The notes under the pieces were generated by a model. It saw only the letters and a list, made by a program, of their open reading frames with translations, was not told where the DNA came from and made no database searches. Source: Salisapilia sapeloensis CBS 127946 (Eukaryota > Protista > Oomycota). Taken from it: 47,988 nucleotides of DNA. The translations under genes were made by a program, and so were the position numbers. This document shows positions 14,001 through 26,453 of the stretch, one piece after another (the first letter of the stretch is position 1; each line of letters opens with the position of its first letter). The stretch is from assembly GCA_023334545.1 (NCBI GenBank), contig JAADVB010000144.1, positions 1 through 47,988 of the forward strand. Direction: 5' to 3'.

Positions 14001-15753
14001 AGATGTTGTCGGTGGAGTCGACAAGTTGAGTGTCAAGTACGGATTCGAACGAGGTGTGAGTTACCACAACGTTTCCATGGGTCAAGGGCAAGATGTGTTT
14101 GCCATGGATCGTCTTGAAGTAGCACATCGAAACGGACATTGGGTCATTCTGAATAACATTCATCTCATGCCTCGGTGGCTTATCGCTCTCGAGAAAAAAC
14201 TGGATGAATTTGCTCTCGAAGGTTCGCATAAGAACTTCCGTCTCTTTTTAACGTCCGATCCATCGAACTCGATTCCGATCGGTGTACTAAATCGATGTAT
14301 TAAGCTTACGAATGAACCTCCTTCGGGATTAAAAGCGAATCTCAAGCGTGCGTTCGTAAGTTTCTCGAAAGAGTACATTGATGAAGCAGAAGGAAAAATT
14401 AAGTCGATCCTCTTTGGACTCTGTCATTTCCATGCTGTGCTTATGGAACGGAAGATGTACGGTCCACTCGGTTATAACATGATGTATCCCTTCTCGCTCG
14501 GAGATCTACGTGACTCTTCTGTGTGTTTGCAGAATTACATGGAGAATTCAGCAGGTGGTAAGATCCCGTGGGCTGACCTTCGCTATATCTTTGGTGAAAT
14601 CATGTATGGTGGACACATTGTCAATGATTTTGATCGACTCATGGCGAACACGTATCTGGATTACTTTATGCGAGATGAATTGTTGGATGAGATGGAGATG
14701 TTCCCGTTTGTTGAAGATGAAAAAGGTCCGTCGTTCATGAGTCTTCCTCCGTCGTCCTATGACAAGTATCTCGAGCACATTGAGACAGAGCTCAAGACCG
14801 ATTCGCCACTAGCCTTTGGGCTACATCCGAATGCTGAGATCGACTTCCGGACGACACAGAGTGAGAACTTGTTCCGTACGTTGATGGAGCTGCAGCCACG
14901 AGATGCAAGCGCAGGAGATGCCGGTATGAGTCCATTGGACCTAGCCAAAGCAGCGGTTGAGATGGTCATGTCTCGAGTAGGTGAAAAGAAGTTTGATTGT
15001 GATGAAATTGCTCGTGGGTTAGAAGAAGTTGGGCCGTATCAGAACGTTTTCTTACAAGAATGTGAGACGATGAATGTGCTACTAGCCGAGATCGTACGCT
15101 CTTTGAATGAACTTCAACTTGGCTTCGCAGGTGAATTGACCATGTCGGATGCCATGGAAAGTATACAAGAAGCACTTTTCCTCGACCGTGTGCCAAAGTC
15201 ATGGGAAAAGCTCGCGTTCCCATCACTACGTCCGCTTGCTTCGTGGTTGACGAATCTCGAACAACGTCTACAGCAATTGGATGAATGGACGCAGAATCCG
15301 ATGGATATCCCTCGCGTGACCTGGCTGTCAGGTCTCATCAACCCACAGTCCTTCCTCACGGCCATCATGCAGGTAACAGCGCAAAGGAACCAATGGGAAC
15401 TCGATAAGCTCGTCATTCAGACGGACGTCATGAAGCGCAAGGCTGGAGAGATGGACGCTTCTTCACGTGATGGAGCGTACATCTACGGTCTTTCGCTCAT
15501 GGGAGCGCGATGGGACGTTATGAACAACACAGTGGATCGATCGAATCCTCGCGAGATGTCGTGTCCGATGCCAGTGATCAACTGCAAAGCTGTCGCAGCA
15601 GAGAAGCTCGATGTCAAGGGATGCTACGTGTGTCCGTGCTACAAGACCGAGTCACGTGGTCCGACGTACGTCTTCTCTGCACAGCTTCGATCCAAGTCCT
15701 CACCAGCGAGGTGGGTGCTAGCAGGCGTCGCATTGGTCATGGACGTGGTTTAA
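2090..15753 (+). CDS. Axonemal outer-arm dynein heavy chain, beta-type (Chlamydomonas ODA4 / DNAH9-11-17-like); exons 2090-2223 and 2286-15753
   Basis: The 4480-aa ORF has four P-loops (GPAGTGKT, GPAGCGKT, GGSGTGKT, GVGGSGKQ), CFDEFNRI, a stalk coiled coil and C-terminal RGPTYVF...WVLAGVAL. Intron 2224-2285 joins an upstream ATG exon in frame. Beta-type assignment comes from remembered AAA1 and C-terminal sequence. Confidence 0.96.
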
Positions 15754-15815
15754 ATAGAATTTAAATGCAATAAGAGACAAAGAATTTATCGCCAACATGC
15801 GTCTATCTATTTACA

Positions 15816-16863
15816 TCATTGGCTGGTCATGTGCTGCTGCCACAGCTTTAAGCTTCCATGTGCGGAAGGCGTCAATTCACTCCTGTGTGATTGCAGTGCG
15901 ACATCAGAAAGTATACAAAACTAATAGATAGCATCATATACCAGAAGGTGGATGGGAGTTTGTTCTCAAGTAAATCCTTGGAATCGATCATTTGTAAATG
16001 AACCGATTCGTACTGGTCTGCTGGTCCGTCTTGGTACAGTTGCTGAATTTGATCTGCCGTCTTGGGCGTGTCCATCGCAAAAGCTGTTGCAGCAAAAAAT
16101 CAATGCACGCACTGTCATGAATTATAAGGTATAGGTTCCTACCTAGACTTGGAGTGGAGCTGATGCCTTGGTAGACGACACCGAGAAGTAGTGGTGGGCT
16201 TATGTCTTTTGGTGCAACGTTGATTTCTTCATGTACTTCGTTTAAAATGGACTGAAACACTTCATTTGTCACAGCTTCTTCCATCTTGTCTTTGCTCTTA
16301 CTCTCGGAGTCATCCAACTTGGACAATAGTTCTGGTGTCAAGCTTATGTGCTACTCATGCCACGCGCTTAGCTCTGTATGATCATTCCTGGTACATACAT
16401 GATATACCTCTGGCTCTGGATGACCACCAGGTGTGTCATACATTCGCTGGTAAGTACCCACATGATCGCTTCGTCGGATGAGCGGTAGATATCCGTCGGA
16501 GGTGCAAAGGAGACCTGAGACTCCCAGCTTCCTAGACACGTAGGCATATTCATCTTCAGCTCCTTTCGCAGCTTCCAGTAATTCATCCACTCTAGACGAA
16601 CAGCATGTACCAAGGTACGTCTTATAATCTGTAAGTCCACATCGAAGCACAATATTGTCTCCTTTAGAAGAAGCATCCTTTAGACGAAGTTTGGTCGCGT
16701 TAAACAAATGGGATGGCATCGACTGCCATACTCGATCCATGTATTCCTCATCCTCCTTTTCACTCAGACCTTGACGTAGGATCCTATTATACGACGCAGA
16801 CAATTGGACATGTACATTTTCTCGTGTACGTGCAGGAGAGAGCGATTGAATTGTCCATCCCAT
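15816..16863 (-). CDS. NUDT22: NUDT22-like Nudix hydrolase (UDP-glucose pyrophosphatase-like), multi-exon
   Basis: Segments GLTDYKTYLGT, KLGVSGLLCTSDG, DTPGGHPEP, FQSILNEVHEEIN..PLLLG and a spliced last exon (SELTPSAHGSL) match the human NUDT22 pattern from memory. Start codon approximate. Confidence 0.82.
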
Positions 16864-17050
16864 GAGTTTTTTCAATTGCATGTTAAAAATCAAATTAGTA
16901 GTCCAATCTTATTCGAAACGTATCACATAATAGCAAATGATATATTTGTTTCGAAGAAAGAAACGAATGACGAAGCGACATATAGTATAAGTTACTCGGC
17001 GATGCCTCCAAAAGACACTTCACAATCAAATACAAAGAAACGGAATTAAA

Positions 17051-18167
17051 ATGCAGAGCATGTTCCACGGTGTACGAGAGTACTTGACGCCCGTACTGAC
17101 GGAATCTTCCTTTGAGGAAAAAGGTCGGTTGACGCCAGAGGAATTTGTCGCAGCAGGCGACTTGCTCGTCTACAAATGTCCAACATGGCGATGGTAGAGT
17201 CCAGCATATCTGGAAGAGAATGCTGTCTCTAATGACACTAAATGATCATATCTCGATAGGGAGAGTGGTGAAAAGGATTCCATGCGTCCATACCTTCCCG
17301 AAGATAAGCAATATCTTGTCACTCGAAACGGTATACCTTATTAAGCGCCCATTCTCTCGATCATGCCATAATTCTGTCATTCAGTCCCATGCCGTCGTCG
17401 AGTCAATGCCCTCGACTTGAACTACCAAGCTGAACAAGCTGTGGACGATGAAGACGACTGGATTGCAGCTTCTTCCTACGCCAGTACAAACATTGCAACG
17501 GACACGAGTGGTAGGAATGATCCAACCCATCAGTATCATCTCTCTTCTAAATGCCTATCTAGATCCTACTACACGTCTAGAGCATATTTCTCTCGATGAT
17601 CAGGAACCGACGGATTCGAATCCGATGAGTAAGAGTGGAGGAGGCATTCTAGATAACATTGTGGACGAGTACGCTGGTGGGTCGAATGCTCCGCCGGATC
17701 TGAGTTCGTTCGAAGAGGATAACTTGGTGGAAGATGATGCAACGTTGGGTGCTTCAGGATCTTACCTGGTAGCGACAGAGCCAGGGGAGAATGACGATTC
17801 GATCTTGCACACACGTACGTACGATCTATCGATTACGTACGACAAGTACTATCAAACACCTCGCATGTGGCTCTTTGGGTTTGATGAAGAGAATAAACCA
17901 TTGAGTAAAGATGCTGTGTTCGAAGACATTATGCAGGACTATGCGAATCAGACGGTGACGATGGAACCACATCCACACCATCCGTCGCTTGTGCATGCAT
18001 CCATCCATCCATGCCAGCACGCTGCCGTCATGAAGCGCATCGTAGACAACATGCGCGGTGGTGAGTCCGGTCATGAACTACGAAGCGACCAATACCTCTT
18101 CCTCTTCCTCAAGTTCATCCAGTCGGTCGTACCGACGATTGACTATGACTACACGATCGAAGTCTAA
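17051..18167 (+). CDS. ATG3: Autophagy E2-like conjugating enzyme ATG3 (4 exons)
   Basis: Spliced N-terminus [39 protein letters not shown], then [36 protein letters not shown] and the catalytic HPC. Introns 17194-17259, 17331-17384 and 17484-(17562 or 17580). Confidence 0.96.
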
Positions 18168-18363
18168 TACATTTCTTTTGTTTGCCTCTTTCAAAATCTT
18201 TTCTTTGGTATGTTGGTACGTTTATGGTACGAATCGACTAAAGATTGACAAGCTATCACAACAGAAATAAAATCTATCTGTAGCTCCTGGTCTGGCAGAG
18301 GTGACTGCTCATTATTGCTTCCTCTCTGCTTAATACTAGATTCTCCCAGATCCTTCATTGAGT

Positions 18364-19261
<898 letters not shown>

Positions 19262-19365
19262 GTTTCGTCCATCCCTCCCAATCTGGAACGTGCCTGTGAC
19301 CATTTCCATTTGCATTTTCAATTAAGCTATGAACAGGCGTCTTAGGAGATCTCTTTACTTGTTTA

Positions 19366-20082
19366 TCATCCTTCTACCCTATCGTCTGACGACGTCGAGA
19401 GCTCTTGGCTATCCAAAAGCTCTTGCACCCACTCGCCAATCACATTCTGCTTCGTTGCCAAATAGTGCGCGTAGTGCGTGTGGAGACACTTGACGGAATC
19501 GAACCGACGGATGCCAGCGACACCGACGTCTCGCAATGGGAATGTCCATTGCCGTCGCTTGACCAGCTCCAAGTCGTGCTCGGTCATCGATTCCCATCGC
19601 TCTCGTGCATATGCTTCATGGCATGCATCCATGCGCTACAGATACTTGAATGAAAATGCATCAATGTGCATAGTACAAATGGCATACCTTTTGCTCCTCT
19701 GGGTTGCTTCGAAGACGCTCTTGTAGTCGAAGGACGTACCCTTGGTCTTCCAGCACCGAGACGCGGGCTTTAAGTTCCTTCGATACGAGCCAGTAGATTG
19801 TCGGAAACGGCTCTACTTTTGCTCGCTGCTTAGCTTTGTACCTACGATAGCAATGTGCTGTTATGATGGGCGTCCTTTGCTGGTAGACATTGGAAAGCCA
19901 TACGCGTCTTCGCAATTGCGAAGTGGATAGAGTTGTGCGACGGCTGGTACGACTTCATCAGTCATGGTTTTCGTCCATGCACTTATACACATCAAGTTAT
20001 TCGGTACGAAACCCAATTCTTCCTCTAAAAGCTTCCGTTCATCCTCACTCACTTGGCAGACGCGACCTTCATGACTTTCCAT
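19366..20082 (-). CDS. DUF501 family protein (3 exons; introns 19842-19903 and 19636-19687)
   Basis: Family motifs PFPTIYWL, VSVLEDQG and GVAGIR...VKCLHTHYAHYL...N.IG. Both introns are GT..AG and join the three ORF-track fragments in frame. Confidence 0.85.
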
Positions 20083-20213
20083 GTCTGGTTGTCAACGCTT
20101 CGTGCTGATTATATTTTTCTTTTTCTTTACTTTGTTCTGAGGACATATCGTACTTAAATGAACTTGAAGAGATCTTGGACAGTCGCGACCGTTGATAGAT
20201 TGGCACAAGCACC

Positions 20214-22985
20214 ATGGACCCGATGCAAATGCTCGATATGAAGACTCGGACTGGTGTCTCGAGTGAAGATGCAGAAGCCTTTGCGAATAAGATGGATATG
20301 GTCATCTTGCTATGCTTTATTGTTTGAGTTCGAATCTAAAGATAAAAAGTAGATTTCTGAGGCGATGGAGCAGATCAAGGCAGGTACGTTTGATCCGAAC
20401 AATTGCAAAATCCCTGGGTACAAGACTCCAGAGGAAGAGGCAAGAGAACGCTTGGAGCGTATGCAAAAAGAAGAAGAGCGTTTGAAACGGGAGCAAGCAC
20501 GTAAGGAGAAAGAAAAGAAAGAGGAGAGAGAGTTATGGTGGGGTCGAGCGAAGCTTCGATACTCTGTCACGGAAGACGATGGCGAGAACGCCAATGTAGA
20601 AAATCAAGCAGCTACTCTCACGAATGACTATGCTTCCTATCGAAATCGCATTTTGGCAGCATATAAAGCTCGTGACGCAAATGACTATTCATCCTGGGAT
20701 CAATGGGAGCCTCAAGACCCAGCTACCAGAGCTGAGAAAGAAGAGATCGAGACACAGGCTGAGAAACAACGAAATCGAGAGTTTGAAGCAAACAATCCAG
20801 ATTTTTGCAGCCAGTTTCGGGAAGACATGAACAAGAGGCAGGTATCACAAAAAGAAAAGGAACGCAAAGCTGAGCGTACGTTTGTCATTTTTCATACTCC
20901 CTAAAGCTAGTTAAACACCTTCCGATAGAATCGAAGCTACAAGGTAATCGGTGCTTTAAGAAGAAAGAGTATGGGAAAGCTATAGAAAGTTATATGAAGG
21001 GTCTGAAAGAATCCAATTACCATATCGCTATCTTGACCAACATAGCCCAGTGTCATTTGAGACGAGAGGCTTATGAAGACTGCATTGAATTTGCTACTCG
21101 TGCACTATTCATTCAGCCAGACCATGTAAAAGCACTTTCACGCCGAGCAGCTGCGTGGCATCGACAGGGAAATCTGGACAAAGCTGCTGCAGACATGCAA
21201 CGTGCACTAGCTATTGCTCCAGTAAATGCAGATATTATTGAGCAGCATTCGCTCATTGTCGGAGATTATGATGATGCAAAAGCATATGATGAACTACAGC
21301 TTCAGCTAAAAGGGAAAGAACACAAGGATATAGCTGCGCAAATACACTTTGCTCGTGAAGTATGGAAACGTATTGATGGTGAACACCAAGGCGACAATGC
21401 CACAATTACGTCATTTGGGCTGTATGAATTGTTACATCCCTTCTTACGCAACAAAGAGATCTTGACATTGTTTCGGACGTCAGGAGAACTGACGAAGATG
21501 TGTGATCGCATCGTCACCATGTCAAATACCACGAATTTCGACTCTGAGCAGCAGTATGTACTCGGTATCTTGCTTCAAACTATCGCCATCGTTATACAAG
21601 ATAACGCGAGGAACCAATTGATTGCCTATCGCCACGATCAGCTCCGACTGGTAATGATACAATTGCTTGAAAATGTGGATGGCGGTGGCGAAAGTCAGGA
21701 CGCATCAGCAATGTTGGCTTGGCATGAATATGTGTTATCGTTTTGGGAGTCTGCAATCGATAGCAAGTCATGGCGCTGTCATCTTGTCAAGTCCTTAAAG
21801 GCTATGCATACATTGTCGAGTATTCTCGCCAATACTGCTATTCCTTCGACGTCTGCAGTTCGAAATACGCTTCGAAAGGTAACAAGCATTATCTTTAGTC
21901 TTAGTGGAAGTGATCAACGTGGTCAAGCTTTCCACAATACAGAAACAGTTTGGCTTGCATCTATCGTAAACGTCATGAAGAGCTTAAAACCAAGTTCGGT
22001 TATACTATGCAACGTACTTGGAGTGGCAACAAATCTATCGACTACTGAAAGTGGTCGACAAGCTCTTCTGATACCAGACCAAGAAGCACTGCGTATCGGA
22101 ATGGTCCAGCAACTCGTACGAGTCATCCACAATTTCCAGAACCTGTTGGCAGCATCTCAAATTGACAAGTCTTCCGCCAAGTTTAGACAGTCGGTGCAAA
22201 ATACTGAAAGAGCTCTAGCTGCGTTGCTAAACTTTACGCACAACGATACAAATGGAATCGTTCGTCAAGCGCTTGCAGAATCTTCCATCGTAACAGCGGC
22301 TACCACAGTGATGATACACACAAGTCAATCGAATCTGCATGAGTTTCTAGTTGTGGTTAGTCGAAGCCTCAGTCTTCTTTGTCGCTTACACGCCGTAACT
22401 TTGCTTTCAGGCAAAGTTACCGATGGAAACTTGAACGAGACCAACAGTTTGGTAGCGACTTCACTACTTGATACACTAGAACACGTTACTCAGCAGGTAT
22501 TGCTATTCCAAGAATGCAATCCAACTCAAGCAAATGACGTGTGGCAACTATTATCGCATCTTTGGTGTCACATTGCCTGGACTTCCAATGCAGCGTGCGC
22601 TCGAGAATATCTTCGAGAGAAGAATACGGTAAAGTTGATGTTCCAGCTCATCTACTTAATTCATTCTCAGAAGGGATACCGAAGCCAAGGAGATGATGGA
22701 GCACGTGAGCGTGTGATTGGAAATATCATGAAGACGCTGTTTGCTTTTGTATCGGACAGGGATAAAAAGGATACTGATGTGTTTTCGCGAGCGACGAATG
22801 TGGAAACCTTGGTTAATGTACTACAGTTCTTACCAAGAGGAGGAGCGAGGAAGAATACCGCAATCTTACTCGCCAAATTGTGCCAGAACGATGAAGGTAT
22901 TAAGGATAATGTGCGCCGCCTACGTGGCATCGAGATCATGCATTCTGTCAGCCAAGAGATACAGGATATTGACTCAACGAAGTAG
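20214..22985 (+). CDS. TTC12: TTC12-like TPR + armadillo protein, probable axonemal dynein assembly co-factor (3 exons)
   Basis: Introns 20301-20352 and about 20876-20928 give KLQGNRCFKKKEYGKAIESY (TPR1), then two more TPRs and ARM-like helices. C-terminal RKNTAILLAKLC...RRLRGIEIM resembles the human TTC12 C-terminus from memory. Confidence 0.75.
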
Positions 22986-23045
22986 GCCAAGTGCTAAACG
23001 ACCCAAATAAGCTCCAAAGATACTATTTGTTTTATCATTCTATCT

Positions 23046-24355
23046 TTATTCTAGAAGTTGACCTTGCATTCCGACCACGATAGCGCAGCTACTCGACGTG
23101 GATTAAACTTTTATGTTAATATCATTCATTCTTTGGACATCTGGGTATACCTAGTAAGAAGGGAGAATGGTTGCATGTACGAGATGATAAACTTGTCTGT
23201 CGTTCCAGCCTAAATAAAGTTAAAAGCTCGATTCTCACTGGAAATACGTCGAAGATTATCTAGAAGCACTTACTTCTTCTTTTTCCACTTTTAACAAGGT
23301 ACTGTTCGTCTTTGGACACTGGATGTCCACCATGGGATTGATAAATTTCTGCAGCATCCGGAGAAGTTTATTAAGCTTTTGAAAGTACAGCATAGAGCAT
23401 TCTACCTGGACGACGCACTGGTAAGTTTCTGGATTCATCTCTGATCGGTTCGATCGACTCCGAAATGCTTGTAGCCGCTTATAAGTTGATTGAGTCTATG
23501 TCTTTCGTTTGTGCATACTGACTGGAGAGGCTATTTGCAGACTTTACCTCGGGACAAAATTTAACAATAAGGTCCTGCTTTCGTCCTTGTTTGACAATGC
23601 TGAACTCAACTCGAGCACCACTTGTGCCTGCATGGATCATGTATTTCTTCGATTCGTCTGTGGGTACCATGGACACTTTCCCTGCACTAGACGAGTCTCT
23701 CCATTTGCTCGCAGCATTGTCTTCCACACTATAATCACCGTACAAACTCGCTTTTACATGATAAAATAACTTCTTTAGTTCAATATGCTACCTGAAGCGA
23801 AACTTGGGCTTTCCAACTCTTTTACGAGCAAACAGGAAATTGTCCACTTGATCACGATGGACTTGAGGAACAAATACACGAAAGAACTTGTTACTGTATC
23901 GAGCGTCAAGCAGCTTCATATGTCCGTATCATCAAGATGAGCAGCTTACTCCTTTACATAGATCACAAAGATGTCGATACGTACTTCTTCTGTGTTTCCA
24001 ATCTCCATGACCAAGACGGATAAACTTGACGGCATGTATTGGACGAATGCCAACCGACCTTGGCAGTTGTTACATTCCTACGCACAGGTGTTATTGCCCA
24101 TTACTCTTGTATCTACAAGGGTGAAATTCATACATCATCGTCTTGTATTTTGGCAGCAGAGCTACTGGACGTTTTTGCCAAGCTTTCTTCCTTTCCACCT
24201 CCAGTGACTGTGGTCGTTGGGTTTGTCGGAGATACTGCTCGATCTTCGATAGATTTGGGAGATTCATATTTCGTCCTGATAAGAGCATAATATCAGCACA
24301 TTTTCGTAGCGCTTGGATACAGCAGCAAGTACTTGGAGCTTGAGAACATTGGCAT
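23046..24355 (-). CDS. Multi-exon protein with a divergent Tubby-like C-terminal domain
   Basis: Several GT..AG introns can be chained in frame. Segments NFLFARKRVGKPKFRFS and TDKFIISYMQPFSLLTSCAIV resemble Tubby FLLAGRKR and FTMDYxYPL..QAFAI. The canonical NKxPxW and SVKNFQ motifs were not found. INR+FPR lies just upstream. Confidence 0.45.
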
Positions 24356-24383
24356 GCGTTCGTACAAGGAGCGTATTCTACTA

Positions 24384-24397
24384 AAAAGCTAAAATGA
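24384..24397 (-). promoter_or_regulatory. Oomycete INR+FPR core promoter element
   Basis: The minus strand reads TCATTTT-AGC-TTTT, a full match to TCATTYBNNNWTTY, about 30 nt upstream of the Tubby-like ATG. Confidence 0.7.
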
Positions 24398-24469
24398 ATT
24401 CCCAAGCGCCGTCCTCAATCTCACGCAGTCGAATAGACACTCGATGTCCTATTTCAGGAACCTGATATA

Positions 24470-25867
24470 ATGACGTCGATGCCGACAATCGACGCAGTGT
24501 ACGAGGCTCTTCGGGATGCCATTTTCGATGGCAACACTGCACGTGTCAAGGAACTGCTCCAAGAGCACGCACAGGATATTGACGTCGATTATATGGATCC
24601 TGGTGGCCAAACATTGTTGCATCTGGCTAGTTTCTGGGGTCGGTCTGACATTGTCAAAGTTCTTTTGGCAAAGGGTGCTAATACTAAGGCGAAGAACTCG
24701 GCCGATTGCACTGCATTGGATTTGGCAACGCATTGGGGTCACACCGTGGTTGCAGAACTGTTGAAGCAACGTGGAGGTGCGAGTGTGTGGGAAGTCAAGG
24801 TGAAGCAATTACAGACCGAGCGAGAAGCGTTGCGGATACGAGTAGAAGCGTTGGAAGAATCCATTCGTGTAAAGGATGAACGGAATGCAGATTTAGAAAA
24901 ACAAATACAAGATTGGCATAGACAGTTTGAAGAGGAGAAAAGTGCACATGGATTGACAGCTTCTAGTCTAGCAGAGGTTCAACTCGCGCGACAGGAGCTT
25001 GTCATCCAAGTTGCCAATGTTTCCAATCAACTCGAGCATACTCGAGATTTAAAGGATGCAGCACTCATCGCGCAGTCCAAAGCCGAAGTCGCTCGAGATC
25101 AGATGCAAAGAGAGCGCGATGAAGCTATAGAGCATCGCAATGACGCTTTGAAAGCTTTAGAAGCTAGTGTGACAAGACAAAATGAGATCACTTACGATTG
25201 GCGACGAGCCGAGACGGCCGCTGTCATGGCAGACTCGCAGCGAAACGTTGCTTTCATAGAGCGTGATCGGACACGCGAAAAGCTACAAGCAGCATTGGGG
25301 GACGTTGTGTGCTTAACTAGCCGCTTGGATGTCGCCGAGAATGAATTAATGCGACTGAAAATGACATTGGCTGAGCCTTTGTTCGAGCTTCGGAGAGAAG
25401 ATAATGCTCGGAGAAGGCTAGAACGTGCATTGGAAGCAGCTCCATCGCAGCGACCTGTGACTGTTATGCCAGTTATGGACCATAAGCCTCGAAAGACGCG
25501 AGTAGGTAGGAAAGAAGAACAGAATGAAGTGAAACTCGAGGTCGTGAAACCACGCGACCAGTACTCTTTAGCAGCGCGCGAGTTTGGTCGTAAAGTTCGT
25601 GAAGAGGAGATGAAGAAGAAGAAGAATCGAAAATCACGCTTAGACACGGCCGAAGCAAGGTTCCTCGCGAAGGACAATGGAGGGGAAGAAGAAGAAGGTG
25701 TCACGACCGTGGTACTTTCGAACATGGAAGCATTTGAAGCAAGTCAACATGAAAAGTGGGCAACGTTGGAAAAGGACCGATTCCATCAACGACGGAGTGG
25801 TCGGGAAGTATCAAGTAAACCATTTGTGTCTGCTATTGACGGCCATCTACCAAATGTCCACGGATGA
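24470..25867 (+). CDS. Ankyrin-repeat plus long coiled-coil protein
   Basis: 465-aa ORF with ankyrin consensus (GQTLLHLASFWGRSDIVKVLLAKGAN, TALDLATHWGHTVVAELL), followed by about 200 aa of heptad-rich helix. Confidence 0.88.
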   Translation: MTSMPTIDAVYEALRDAIFDGNTARVKELLQEHAQDIDVDYMDPGGQTLLHLASFWGRSDIVKVLLAKGANTKAKNSADCTALDLATHWGHTVVAELLKQRGGASVWEVKVKQLQTEREALRIRVEALEESIRVKDERNADLEKQIQDWHRQFEEEKSAHGLTASSLAEVQLARQELVIQVANVSNQLEHTRDLKDAALIAQSKAEVARDQMQRERDEAIEHRNDALKALEASVTRQNEITYDWRRAETAAVMADSQRNVAFIERDRTREKLQAALGDVVCLTSRLDVAENELMRLKMTLAEPLFELRREDNARRRLERALEAAPSQRPVTVMPVMDHKPRKTRVGRKEEQNEVKLEVVKPRDQYSLAAREFGRKVREEEMKKKKNRKSRLDTAEARFLAKDNGGEEEEGVTTVVLSNMEAFEASQHEKWATLEKDRFHQRRSGREVSSKPFVSAIDGHLPNVHG

Positions 25868-26199
25868 AGATGTGTTGAAGCTAGTGCTCCGTCTTTTGAC
25901 AGAAGAGCGCCAATTACCTAACGTTTTTTCTTTTTCCCCGATCAGACACAGTCCGAATGTAAGAAAGGGAAGGATAATTTACTACGCGACACGAAAGTAG
26001 CTCCGGACTGGAACGACTACAACGATAACCTACAAACTACGAACTACGGATGATAAAGATATGATATAATATTTTATCCGAATCTGCGCTTCGACTCTTG
26101 GTACGTCCTAAGAAAGGTGGATAAATAGTCCTCTTCCGTCGCGAGTCGTAGAATAGCCTTCTCATCCGGTTAGGTTTAAAATCGTCCCTTCGTAACCAG

Positions 26200-26213
26200 T
26201 TGATTGGCCAAAA
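26200..26213 (+). promoter_or_regulatory. CCAAT-box (reverse orientation) upstream of the bHLH gene
   Basis: TTGATTGGCCAAAA resembles the extended oomycete CCAAT motif and lies about 240 nt upstream of the ATG. Confidence 0.5.
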
Positions 26214-26453
26214 ATATTGTCGCATGGCGTAGGTTTACGATACATCCTATTTGTGTCGTCATGACCCATCTTATACACGGTTTCTTTATGAAAACGATGT
26301 TCTGGCTAAATACACTCCCTCGTCCTCAAATTCACTGGCCCAGGTGTTCATTCATTTTTCATCTGGCACAGTCTGCAGCAACTGGTACGAGCGCTACGTA
26401 GTTCGAGGCTAGTTCTGTCTTCTTACCTACTTCATTGATTAGACAACGATAAG

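Noticed and set aside
2547-15416. Many 60-200 aa antisense and alternate-frame ORFs over the dynein gene, and similar ones over other genes
   Set aside because: These are shadow ORFs of a long coding sequence, with no motifs and no independent start context.
25677-26000. 107-aa plus-strand ORF overlapping the end of the ankyrin gene
   Set aside because: It is an alternate frame of the coding tail running into the 3' UTR, with no motif.
26011-26050. Imperfect ACTAC-type repeats in the intergenic region
   Set aside because: Too short and degenerate to call a repeat element.
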